Below, piece after piece: positions 8,838 to 17,339 of a stretch of DNA of 32,000 nucleotides. Numbering within the stretch: the stretch's first letter is position 1; the number at the start of each line of letters is the position of its first letter. The position numbers were made by a program, and so were the translations under genes. The notes below the pieces were generated by a model. That model did not search any database. It was not told the DNA's origin and saw nothing but the letters and a program-made list of their open reading frames with translations. This DNA is from an uncultured bacterium (GTDB lineage Bacteria > GCA-001730085): contig CAZMGY010000011.1 of the NCBI GenBank assembly GCA_964565945.1, forward strand, positions 60,001 through 92,000, in the 5' to 3' direction.

Positions 8838-10172
8838 ATGGCTGAATTAAGACCGTTTTCTGGAATTATGTATAACACTGATCACGTGACCAATGTGTCT
8901 GAAGTGATTTCGTTACCCTATGATAAAATTTCTAAGGAGCAGCTTGAGGCTTATTTGAGTGTTACGTCTTACAACATTGCCAATGTGATTTTGGGTCAGG
9001 ATATTGAAGGCGATAGCGAGAGTTACAACAAGTACACGCGTGCCAACGACTATATGCAAGACTGGATGGAGCAAGGTGTGCTTAAAGCCGACAGTGGTGA
9101 GCAGTTTTATATATACGAGGAAGAGTACACGATTCCCGAAACCGATACGATAACGCGCAGAACTGCTTTGGTGGCCATGGTTCTCTTGGAGGAGTTTGAT
9201 AAAAAAGTGATTTTGCCTCATGAAAGAACTTTGGCGGGTCCCAAAGCCGATCGTCTTAAACTGATGCAAAACACCAGTATGAATTTTGGTCAAATTTTTG
9301 GCTTGTTTAAAGATTCCGAGCAAAAAACAACAGAGATTATGAATGCTTATAAGCAGGGTGAACCCTATTTGGATGCTAAGACCAATGAAGAAGGTGTGCG
9401 CCATCGTTTGTGGAACATCGATAAGTCTGCAGATATTCAAGTGATTCAGCAGCTTTTTGAGGATAAACAGATTTACATTGCCGATGGTCATCATCGTTAT
9501 ACTACTGCCATTAACTACCGTGATGAGTTGCGAGCCCAAGGTTTGGCGGATGATTCCATGGCGAATTATCGCTTGATGTCGTTAGTGGACATCGAGGATG
9601 AAGGGATGAATGTTTTGCCAACCCATCGTATTGTGAATGGTTTGCAAAACCTGAACAACACAACTTTTCTTAATAAATTGTCGGACTATTTTGAAATGGA
9701 AACCTTTGTGAAGCATGAGCGTGGTTACTTTTTGGATGCGCTTAATAAGGACCGTCCAGGTTATTGTATTGGTTTAAGTCTGCACGATGATGACGAATAT
9801 TATTTGCTCACTTTGAAAGATAGTGAAGCTGTTGAGCAAGTGATGGGGCAGTTTCCCGACTGCATTCGTTCTTTGGATGTTGCTATTTTGCACCAGTTGA
9901 TTTTGTATCATATTATGGGCATGACCGAAGAAGATACGGAGAAACAAACCTACCTTACCTACGAACGTTCGGTGGAGCAAGCGTTGAATTTAACCAATGA
10001 TGGCGATGCTCAAGCGACCTTTGTTTTGCGTCCAACAGCTGTGGAGCAAGTGTTGAATGTGGCCGATGCTAGTGAATATATGCCACAGAAATCGACTGAC
10101 TTTTTTCCAAAACTGTACACGGGGATTGTGATGGCTAGGATTGTCAACCCTGTGGCTAAAGTTAAGTTTTAG
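8838..10172 (+). CDS. DUF1015-family conserved protein of unknown function
   Basis: Begins MAELRPFSGIMYN and contains the IADGHHRYTTAINY block typical of DUF1015. ATG 8838 follows AAGGGGA at 8823-8829. The track's upstream start at 8772 adds 22 non-conserved-looking residues. Confidence 0.75.
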   Translation: MAELRPFSGIMYNTDHVTNVSEVISLPYDKISKEQLEAYLSVTSYNIANVILGQDIEGDSESYNKYTRANDYMQDWMEQGVLKADSGEQFYIYEEEYTIPETDTITRRTALVAMVLLEEFDKKVILPHERTLAGPKADRLKLMQNTSMNFGQIFGLFKDSEQKTTEIMNAYKQGEPYLDAKTNEEGVRHRLWNIDKSADIQVIQQLFEDKQIYIADGHHRYTTAINYRDELRAQGLADDSMANYRLMSLVDIEDEGMNVLPTHRIVNGLQNLNNTTFLNKLSDYFEMETFVKHERGYFLDALNKDRPGYCIGLSLHDDDEYYLLTLKDSEAVEQVMGQFPDCIRSLDVAILHQLILYHIMGMTEEDTEKQTYLTYERSVEQALNLTNDGDAQATFVLRPTAVEQVLNVADASEYMPQKSTDFFPKLYTGIVMARIVNPVAKVKF

Positions 10173-10223
10173 ACCTTGGTTGCGATTGTCTTGCACATGT
10201 TTTGAGCTGTAATTAATAAGTTG

Positions 10224-10252
10224 AAGGATTGCATATGTGATTGCAGATCCTT
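10224..10252 (+). other. Stem-loop about 50 nt downstream of the DUF1015 stop
   Basis: AAGGATTGCA (10224-10233), loop TATGTGAT, then TGCAGATCCTT (10242-10252). This is a 10-bp stem with one bulged G, followed by a moderately T-rich stretch. Confidence 0.3.
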
Positions 10253-10405
10253 GTATTTTCTTGAAGGATAGATTCTTAGACTTGTTGAATAAGCCATGTA
10301 ATATGTTCTTAAGGGATTTCTGGCGGCTTAATTTTGATGTTGGGGGCAGAGCTGTGTTTTGTGATTGTAGCCTTAATGGCAACATCCATCCAAGATGCCT
10401 TTGTC

Positions 10406-10435
10406 TCTTTTGTAATGCTCTCAAAAGATTTTTTT
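10406..10435 (+). terminator. Weak intrinsic-terminator-like hairpin plus T7 run
   Basis: TCTTTTG (10406-10412), a 9-nt loop, CAAAAGA (10422-10428), then TTTTTTT (10429-10435). The stem is AU-rich, so predicted stability is low. Confidence 0.3.
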
Positions 10436-10481
10436 AAAACAAAATGTATAAAATTACAATGGTTATTTTTAATTAATGTGA

Positions 10482-10508
10482 TTGAGTGAAAAATGTCTAT
10501 GATATAAT
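10482..10508 (+). promoter_or_regulatory. Candidate extended -10 promoter for the rny operon
   Basis: TGaTATAAT at 10500-10508 matches the extended -10 form TGnTATAAT. A TTGAGT -35-like hexamer lies at 10482-10487 with a short 15-nt spacer. The surrounding sequence is very AT-rich. Confidence 0.45.
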
Positions 10509-10619
10509 AATTAAATATTCTTCGATCGTGTCGTGGGAGGATTCTATGATCAACAAAACCGTTAAGAGTGGCTTATTAAACAACGCCGTTAATGTTGTTT
10601 CAAGGATGCGAGGAGTTGG

Positions 10620-12188
10620 ATGATGGATCAGACATTTGTTTTGAATATTGTGCTTTTAGTAGCTATCCCAGGGAGCTTTTTTGTGGGTTACGGCCTGAGT
10701 AAGTTATCAGCACGGAGGAACATGCTTTCGGCACAAAATCAAACCCAAAAGATCATCGAAGAGGCGCTGAGGGAGGCTGAAAATAAGAGCAAAGAGCTCG
10801 AATTGGAGGCACGTTCCAAAATTTTTGAGCAGCAAACTCAATTTGAACAAGAAATAACTTTGCGTCGTGAAGATTTTCAAAAACATGAGCAGCGTTTGGA
10901 AGTGCGTGAAGATAAACTTGATCAGCGTTTAGCTATCTGTGAAAATTTGGAAAAAGATCTTAAGCAGCAGCAAGAGAGTGTAGCTAAGTTGGAGAAAGAA
11001 TGGCAGGATAAAACTCAACACCTCGAAGGTGTTTTATCGAAACAATTGGAGCTTTTGGAGAAAGCTTCAGGTCTTACGGCTGTTGAGGCGAAGCGTGTTC
11101 TAATGGCTAAGGTCGAGCACGATCTTCAAAAAGACCAAGCGGTGATGATTCGCAAATATGAGCAAGAGGCCTTAAGGCAAGTTGCTCGACGGGCCAAGGA
11201 TTTGATTGCTGAGTCGGTGAAAAAGTATGGGGCTGGTCATGTGGCCGAAGTTGCTATTTCCGTAGTTCAATTACCGAGTGATGACGTGAAAGGTCGTGTG
11301 ATCGGGCGAGAAGGTCGCAATATTCGCGCTCTTGAGGCGGCGACGGGTGTGAGTGTGATTGTTGATGATACGCCTGAGATGATTGTTCTTTCGGGCTTTG
11401 ATCCGATTCGTCGCGAAGTGGCGCGGATGAGTTTAGAACGTTTGATCAAAGATGGTCGTATTCACCCTTCACGCATTGATGAAGTGGTGGAGAAGGTCCA
11501 GTCTGAGCTGGCTGAACATATTGAATCTTTGGGCCATGATTTGATTAACGAAGTTGGGTTGCAGAATGTCCATCCAGAAATCATTAAGTTGTTAGGGCGC
11601 TTGAATTATCGCACCAGTTACGGGCAAAACATTTGGCATCATTCCAAAGAAGTGGCTTATTTGATGGCGCACTTTGCTGAGGAATTAGGTTTGGATATTG
11701 ATTTAGCTAAAAGGGTTGGCTTATTGCATGACTTAGGCAAGGCGGTAACGCATGAAGTCGAAGGGGGACATGCTTGGATTGGTGCTGATTTGGCGCGTAA
11801 GTACCAAGAGGACGAATTAGTGGTCAATGCAATTGAAGCACATCACGAAGATGTGGAACCCGAAAGCATTTATGCCGTACTGGTTGCGGCGGCGGATGCC
11901 ATTTCGGCTTCGCGCCCCGGGGCACGATGTTCCAATATGGATGAGTATGTGAATCGTTTGGACAAACTGGAATCGCTTGCCAAGACATTCAATGGTGTGG
12001 AAAAGAGCTTTGCTTTGCAGGCTGGGCGTGAGGTGCGCGTGGTCGTGAAAGCTGATCAAGTTAACGATGATCAAGCCTTGTTGATGGCGCGTGATTTGGC
12101 TAAAAGAATTGAAGATGAAATGGTGTATCCTGGCCAAATTAAAGTGAGTGTGATTCGGGAAAGCAAAGCCGTGGAGTATGCTAAGTGA
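10620..12188 (+). CDS. rny: Ribonuclease Y
   Basis: 522 aa. N-terminal hydrophobic anchor (FVLNIVLLVAIPGSFFVGYGL), a long E/K/Q-rich coiled-coil region, KH motif GRVIGREGRNIRALE, and HD domain (HHSKEVAYLM...GLLHDLGKA). Confidence 0.95.
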   Translation: MMDQTFVLNIVLLVAIPGSFFVGYGLSKLSARRNMLSAQNQTQKIIEEALREAENKSKELELEARSKIFEQQTQFEQEITLRREDFQKHEQRLEVREDKLDQRLAICENLEKDLKQQQESVAKLEKEWQDKTQHLEGVLSKQLELLEKASGLTAVEAKRVLMAKVEHDLQKDQAVMIRKYEQEALRQVARRAKDLIAESVKKYGAGHVAEVAISVVQLPSDDVKGRVIGREGRNIRALEAATGVSVIVDDTPEMIVLSGFDPIRREVARMSLERLIKDGRIHPSRIDEVVEKVQSELAEHIESLGHDLINEVGLQNVHPEIIKLLGRLNYRTSYGQNIWHHSKEVAYLMAHFAEELGLDIDLAKRVGLLHDLGKAVTHEVEGGHAWIGADLARKYQEDELVVNAIEAHHEDVEPESIYAVLVAAADAISASRPGARCSNMDEYVNRLDKLESLAKTFNGVEKSFALQAGREVRVVVKADQVNDDQALLMARDLAKRIEDEMVYPGQIKVSVIRESKAVEYAK

Positions 12189-12991
12189 TGTTAGATGTTG
12201 TTCGTATTTTGATTGTAGGAGATGTTGTTGGGCGGGCAGGTGAGCGAGCTGTTGTTGAACTGTGGCCACGACTGAAAGAAGAGAAAGATATTCACTTTTG
12301 TATTGTGAATGCCGAAAATATTGGTGAAAAAGGTTCTGGGATTACGTCTGAAGCTCTGAAAAACCTTTTGGATTGTGGTGTCGATGTGGTGACTGGAGGG
12401 GACCATATGGGTAAAAAACGCAAGGAGCCGGGCTTCGTTATGGAAGGCGAATGTTTGTTGCGTCCAGCTAATTATGTGAATGATCCAGGTGTAGGGTCGA
12501 TGCTGTTTAGGGTTCAGGGGCATGATGATATTAAGATTGGAGTGACCAATGTACTCGGCAATGTGTTTATGGAGAAAGTGCCCGCTGCGTTTAAAACGGC
12601 TCAAGAAGAAGTCGGAAAGCTTAAACTGTTGACCGATATTGTGATTATTGATTTTCATGCCGAAGCTTCGTCCGAGAAAGTCGCTATGGGGCTCTTTTTG
12701 GATGGGCAAGTCAGTGCAGTAGTTGGAACGCACACGCATGTGCAAACGGCCGATGATCGTATTTTGCCTGGACAGACAGCCTATATGACGGATTTAGGAA
12801 TGACTGGTGGGCGTGATGGTGTGATTGGTCGTAAAAAAGAAAATGTGATTTTGAAGTTTTTGAATAAGCCACATTCGAAATTTGAGGTGGCCACTGACGA
12901 TATTTGGTTGAATGGAGCCATCATAGATGTTGAAACCAAAACAGGACGAGCTATTCACATCGAACGGGTTAGCCAGTCACTCGACAGCTAA
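12188..12991 (+). CDS. ymdB: YmdB-family metallophosphoesterase (2',3'-cyclic-nucleotide phosphodiesterase family, TIGR00282-like)
   Basis: Motifs ILIVGDVVGRAG, NAENIGEKGSG, TGGDH and DFHAEASSEKVAMG...GTHTHVQTADDRILP..TAYMTDLGMTG. ATG 12188 overlaps the rny TGA (TGATG); GTG 12185 is the alternative start. The rny-ymdB pairing is a known conserved arrangement. Confidence 0.9.
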   Translation: MLDVVRILIVGDVVGRAGERAVVELWPRLKEEKDIHFCIVNAENIGEKGSGITSEALKNLLDCGVDVVTGGDHMGKKRKEPGFVMEGECLLRPANYVNDPGVGSMLFRVQGHDDIKIGVTNVLGNVFMEKVPAAFKTAQEEVGKLKLLTDIVIIDFHAEASSEKVAMGLFLDGQVSAVVGTHTHVQTADDRILPGQTAYMTDLGMTGGRDGVIGRKKENVILKFLNKPHSKFEVATDDIWLNGAIIDVETKTGRAIHIERVSQSLDS

Positions 12992-14324
12992 AACCATTTG
13001 GAGTGTTAGTGAGTTAACGAAGCAAATCAAATTTCAGCTGGAGCAATCGTTCACGAAAATTTGGGTGTCTGGGGAAGTTTCTAATTTTGTCCGTCATAGT
13101 TCGGGTCATATGTACATGACGCTCAAGGATAAGGGTGCTCAGATTTGTCTTGTGATTTTTGCCAGTGTGAATCGTTATCTTAAATTCGAGATCAAAAATG
13201 GGATGGAGGTCGTGGTTTCGGGGCCTGTGACGGTCTATGCACGATCGGGTCAGTATCAGATTATGGGGCAATACATTGAACCGAAGGGCGTTGGTGCGTT
13301 ACAGTTGGCCTTTGAGCAACTCAAAGAAAAATTGAAGGCCGAGGGCTTATTCGATGAGCACATAAAACGTGATGTTCCTGCTTATCCTCAAACGATTGGA
13401 GTGGTGACTTCGCCCACGGGAGCAGCCATTCGAGATATTTTGAATGTTTTGGAGCGTCGCTACCCCGTGGTGGACGTTCTTGTTTGTCCAGTGAAAGTGC
13501 AAGGAGAGGGAGCGGCTCAGGAAATTGCTAGTGCGATTGAACTCTGCAATGGGTATGCCCACATCGATGTTTTGATTGTGGGACGAGGTGGTGGTAGCAT
13601 GGAAGATTTGTGGGCATTTAATGAAGAGATTGTGGCACGGGCTATTTATGCTTCGGATATTCCGATTGTGTCGGCGGTGGGTCATGAGATTGATTTTTCG
13701 ATTGCTGACTTTGTGGCCGATATGCGTGCACCAACACCCTCGGCAGCTGCTGAGTTGGTGGTGCCTGATGTTGCCGATTTGCAACGGCGTTTGGCTTACA
13801 GCTATAAAAATTTAGTTCAGTCGATGCGACGGGTTTTGGCCGATCGTTGGCAAGAGCTTCGTTTGTTGGTGCAGAACCATTCGTTTCGGGACTATGTGAG
13901 CTGTTTGCAACAGTGCCAGCAACAGGTGGATGCACTCGAGGAGCAGTTGCATGGTTGCCATCAAGTGAATCAAGAAGAACGACGCCTGCGTTTAAAAGCT
14001 CTCCAGGAGCGTTTGAACCTTTTAAGTCCTTGGCAACGTTTGGCTTGGAACAAAGAAGAGCTTAAGCATTTGGAACACGCTCTTTTGCGTACGATTGATT
14101 ATCGTTTAAAACGATCTCGAGAGAGTGTTTCTGGGCAAATTGGTAAAATTAATGTTTTAAGTCCTTTAAATGTTATTTCACGCGGATATAGTATTGTATT
14201 TGATGCCGAAAGTGGAGATGTGATAAAATCTACTCATTCTCTTTTAGAGGGTATGCTGATCAAAACACAGCTCCATGATGGAGATGTATACTCGCTTGTG
14301 GATCGTGTGTGTCCTCAAGCATAA
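12927..14324 (+). CDS. xseA: Exodeoxyribonuclease VII large subunit
   Basis: 465 aa with VSELTKQIKFQLEQSF..IWVSGEVSNF..HSSGHMYMTLKD (OB fold) and VVTSPTGAAIRDI...RGGGS.EDLW.FN. The only ATG start overlaps ymdB by 65 nt. Confidence 0.9.
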   Translation: MLKPKQDELFTSNGLASHSTAKTIWSVSELTKQIKFQLEQSFTKIWVSGEVSNFVRHSSGHMYMTLKDKGAQICLVIFASVNRYLKFEIKNGMEVVVSGPVTVYARSGQYQIMGQYIEPKGVGALQLAFEQLKEKLKAEGLFDEHIKRDVPAYPQTIGVVTSPTGAAIRDILNVLERRYPVVDVLVCPVKVQGEGAAQEIASAIELCNGYAHIDVLIVGRGGGSMEDLWAFNEEIVARAIYASDIPIVSAVGHEIDFSIADFVADMRAPTPSAAAELVVPDVADLQRRLAYSYKNLVQSMRRVLADRWQELRLLVQNHSFRDYVSCLQQCQQQVDALEEQLHGCHQVNQEERRLRLKALQERLNLLSPWQRLAWNKEELKHLEHALLRTIDYRLKRSRESVSGQIGKINVLSPLNVISRGYSIVFDAESGDVIKSTHSLLEGMLIKTQLHDGDVYSLVDRVCPQA

Positions 14325-14339
14325 TATAGGTGAAGAGTA

Positions 14340-14573
14340 ATGGCAAAAAAAAGTGCACAAAGTTTTGAAAATCAGCTCGAGAAGCTGGAAGAAGTTGTGG
14401 CTACCTTGGAAAAAGGTGATGTTTCTCTGGATGAGTCCTTAAAACTTTTCGAAGAGGGTATTAAAAATGTGCGCCAATGTAGCAAAATGTTGCAGACGGC
14501 GGAGCAAAAAGTAGAAGCTTTGATTGAAAAAAATGGGGACACGGAGTTGGAGCCGTTTGAAAAAGAAGAGTGA
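14340..14573 (+). CDS. xseB: Exodeoxyribonuclease VII small subunit
   Basis: 77 aa: SFENQLEKLEEVVATLEKGDVSLDESLKLFEEGIKNVRQC..LQTAEQKVE. Directly follows xseA. Confidence 0.9.
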   Translation: MAKKSAQSFENQLEKLEEVVATLEKGDVSLDESLKLFEEGIKNVRQCSKMLQTAEQKVEALIEKNGDTELEPFEKEE

Positions 14574-14582
14574 TACAGGCAA

Positions 14583-15407
14583 ATGACAAAAATTAAAAAT
14601 ACACAGGTTTTAGAACAGTATTTGGTAGCCAAAAAAGATGTGGTTAACCAAACCTTAGAGCAGTTGCTTCCGTCGGCTAAGGAATATCCTGAATTGATTC
14701 ACGAAGCGATGCGCTATAGTATTTTTGCTGGAGGCAAACGTTTCCGATCTCTTTTGACCTTAGCCATCTGTGATGCCTGTGGTGGGGATGAACGTTTAGC
14801 TTTGCATACAGCCGTTTCTCTTGAAATGATTCACACCTATTCTTTAATTCATGATGATTTGCCTTCGATGGATGATGATTATTATCGTCGAGGTCAGTTG
14901 GCGAATCATAAAAAGTTTGGTGAAGCTGTGGCTATTTTATCGGGGGATGCGTTGTTAACATTGGCTTTTGAAGTAATGGATCCACGTGTGGTAGGTTTGA
15001 TTGCTAAGGCTATTGGTTCTCAGGGAGTTGTCGGGGGTCAAGTGATGGATATTTTATTGGCTAAGGGTCAGATGGAATTAACCGAGCCATTGCTCGAATA
15101 TATTCATAAGCACAAAACAGGTAAATTGATCCAAGTTGCTTGTTTGGCGGGAGCTTATTTGGCTGAAGCATCGCCCGAGGTGATTGCAGCAATTGCTGTT
15201 TATGGTGAAAAAATAGGTTTTTCATTTCAAGTGGTTGATGATTTGTTTGATCATGATAATTACGCTGTGATTTTGAGTGAAGAAAAGGCTCGTGACTTAG
15301 CTGATACTTGTATTCGTGAGGCTAAAGAGGCGCTGACTGTTTTAGATGCAAAAAAGCGAGAAATTTTAGAACAATTAGCTGACTTTGTTGCGATGCGCAA
15401 GGAGTGA
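14583..15407 (+). CDS. ispA: Short-chain (FPP-type) polyprenyl diphosphate synthase, atypical around the second Asp-rich motif
   Basis: Has GGKRFR, a first Asp-rich motif HTYSLIHDDLPSMDDDYYRRG (aromatic residue 5 positions upstream, as in FPP synthases), KTGKL, and a second motif FQVVDDLFD. Sits in the conserved xseB-ispA-dxs position. At 274 aa it is short because about 20 residues after DDLFD are absent (see findings). Confidence 0.8.
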   Translation: MTKIKNTQVLEQYLVAKKDVVNQTLEQLLPSAKEYPELIHEAMRYSIFAGGKRFRSLLTLAICDACGGDERLALHTAVSLEMIHTYSLIHDDLPSMDDDYYRRGQLANHKKFGEAVAILSGDALLTLAFEVMDPRVVGLIAKAIGSQGVVGGQVMDILLAKGQMELTEPLLEYIHKHKTGKLIQVACLAGAYLAEASPEVIAAIAVYGEKIGFSFQVVDDLFDHDNYAVILSEEKARDLADTCIREAKEALTVLDAKKREILEQLADFVAMRKE

Positions 15408-15423
15408 GGAAAGAGGAGTTTAT

Positions 15424-17310
15424 ATGGCTGTTTCGATTCAAGATATTCAAGACCCTAAAGATTTAAGGCAACTTAACATAGCTCAACTTCTGGAGATCGC
15501 TCAGCAGATCCGTGATATTATCATTAACACCGTGTCCAAAAATGGAGGCCATTTGGGGCCCCCTTTGGGTGTGGTTGAGCTTACTTTAGCCTTACACTAT
15601 GCTTTTGATACTCCCAAAGACAAAGTGATGTGGGATGTCGGACATCAGGCTTATGCACATAAGATTTTAACGGGTCGTCGGGATCAGTTTTCGACTCTCA
15701 AAAAGTATGGTGGGATTAGTGGCTATCCAAACATTGATGAGAGTGAGTATGATCTATTTACTGTGGGGCATAGTAGTACATCGATTTCGCAAGCATTGGG
15801 TATGGCTACTGTGCGTGATTTGAATGGTGGTGATGAGAATGTGATTGCGGTTGTGGGTGATGGTGCGTTAACTGCGGGCATGGCTTTTGAAGCGATCAAT
15901 AATGCTGGACAGCTTAAGAAAAATTTAATTGTCGTTCTCAATGATAATGAAATGTCGATTTCCAAAAATGTGGGTGCGATGGCGGAGTATCTCAATCGCA
16001 TTATTATAGCACCTCTTTACAATAGGGTTCGTCATGATGTGCGTGATTTGTTTAAAAAACTTCCCGATACAATTGGTGACTTGGCGACTCATACGGTGGC
16101 TAAGGTCGAGGAAGGTCTAAAAGGTTTATTGGTTCCAGGCATGTTGTTTGAAGAGTTGGGTTTCTTGTATTCTGGGCCTATCGATGGTCATAATTTACCT
16201 GCTTTGATCCAGACTTTTAACAGTGTTAAAAAATTATCTGGACCTATTTTATTGCATGTTATCACAACTAAAGGTAAGGGTTATAAGCCAGCTGAAGTTA
16301 AGCCTGATATTTATCATGGGATATCGGCGTTTAATATTAAAACGGGGGTTGCTGTCAAAAAGTCATCCAACCCACTTCCTTTTACCAAAGTTTTTTCTAA
16401 AACTATTCTTGATGTGGCCCAAGAAAACAAAGATGTGGTGGCGTTGACGGCGGCGATGCCAACGGGTGTTGGTTTGTCGGACTTTGCTGAGAAATATCCA
16501 GATCGTTTCTTTGATGTAGGTATTGCTGAGCAGCATTGCGTGACTTATGCTGGTGCTTTAGCTAAGGGCGGAAAGAGACCGATTGCTGCTATTTATGCAA
16601 CCTTTCTTCAACGCGCTCTGGATCAGGTGTTGCAGGATGTTTGTTTGCAGCGAGCTAATGTGTTGTTTTGTTTAGATCGTATGGGTATTGTTGGTGAGGA
16701 TGGTGCAACACACAATGGTGTGTTTACGATTCCTTTGTTGCGCGCGATTCCTGAAATGAAGATCATGTTGCCTAAAGATGGTTCTGAGTTGTCGGCAATG
16801 CTGAGATTTGGTCTGACTTTGGATGGTCCAGCAACCTTGTGTTATCCCAAAGATACGGTGCAAGATCTGTTGTTTGCCGATTGTCCTGATCAGGAAATTC
16901 AGTTGGGTAAGGCCGAAGTATTGCAAGAAGGACAAGACGTGGCTATTTTTGCCATTGGTTCAACCGTGCCGATGGCGTTTCAGGCAATAAAAACCTTGCA
17001 AAAAGAGGGTTTAAAGCCTTCCTTGGTTAATCTACGTTTTGTGAAGCCTCTTGATCATGAGCTAATCAAACGAATGGCTGAAACGCATAAGGCTTTTTTG
17101 ATTGTGGAAGAGGGGACTCTTATGGGAGGTGTTGGTTCGGCTGTTATGGAGTCCCTGGAGCAACAAGAATTGCAAGATGTTAAGGTTAAGCGTATAGGGA
17201 TTAAAGATAAGTTTATCGAACACGGAGCACGTTCGTTGATTTTGGAATTTTTGGGAATTAGTGAAGGTTGTATTGTTCAAAAAACTCAACAACTTAATAC
17301 ACTCCTGTGA
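15424..17310 (+). CDS. dxs: 1-deoxy-D-xylulose-5-phosphate synthase
   Basis: Motifs GGHLGPPLGVVELTLALHYAF, DVGHQAYAHKILTGRR, GDGALTAGMAFEA.NNAG and NDNEMSIS.NVG. ATG 15424 (MAVSIQDI...) follows AGGAAAGAGGAG. The track start 15385 overlaps ispA. Confidence 0.95.
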   Translation: MAVSIQDIQDPKDLRQLNIAQLLEIAQQIRDIIINTVSKNGGHLGPPLGVVELTLALHYAFDTPKDKVMWDVGHQAYAHKILTGRRDQFSTLKKYGGISGYPNIDESEYDLFTVGHSSTSISQALGMATVRDLNGGDENVIAVVGDGALTAGMAFEAINNAGQLKKNLIVVLNDNEMSISKNVGAMAEYLNRIIIAPLYNRVRHDVRDLFKKLPDTIGDLATHTVAKVEEGLKGLLVPGMLFEELGFLYSGPIDGHNLPALIQTFNSVKKLSGPILLHVITTKGKGYKPAEVKPDIYHGISAFNIKTGVAVKKSSNPLPFTKVFSKTILDVAQENKDVVALTAAMPTGVGLSDFAEKYPDRFFDVGIAEQHCVTYAGALAKGGKRPIAAIYATFLQRALDQVLQDVCLQRANVLFCLDRMGIVGEDGATHNGVFTIPLLRAIPEMKIMLPKDGSELSAMLRFGLTLDGPATLCYPKDTVQDLLFADCPDQEIQLGKAEVLQEGQDVAIFAIGSTVPMAFQAIKTLQKEGLKPSLVNLRFVKPLDHELIKRMAETHKAFLIVEEGTLMGGVGSAVMESLEQQELQDVKVKRIGIKDKFIEHGARSLILEFLGISEGCIVQKTQQLNTLL

Positions 17311-17339
17311 GTGCGTAGTTGTTTAAGGAGGGAAAAGTT

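Noticed and set aside
8913-9539. 208-aa antisense ORF inside the DUF1015 gene
   Set aside because: Same reasoning as above. The forward frame carries the conserved DGHHRY block, and the antisense product has no recognisable features.
12191-12745. 184-aa antisense ORF inside ymdB
   Set aside because: It is opposite a gene with unambiguous metallophosphoesterase motifs. Its composition looks like reverse-frame noise.
13576-14065. Alternative-frame plus-strand ORFs of 79 and 72 aa inside xseA. The 67-aa ORF at 5771-5974 inside ilvD is a similar case.
   Set aside because: They are embedded in genes with strong family motifs in the main frame, and their products are Trp/Cys/Arg-rich off-frame noise.
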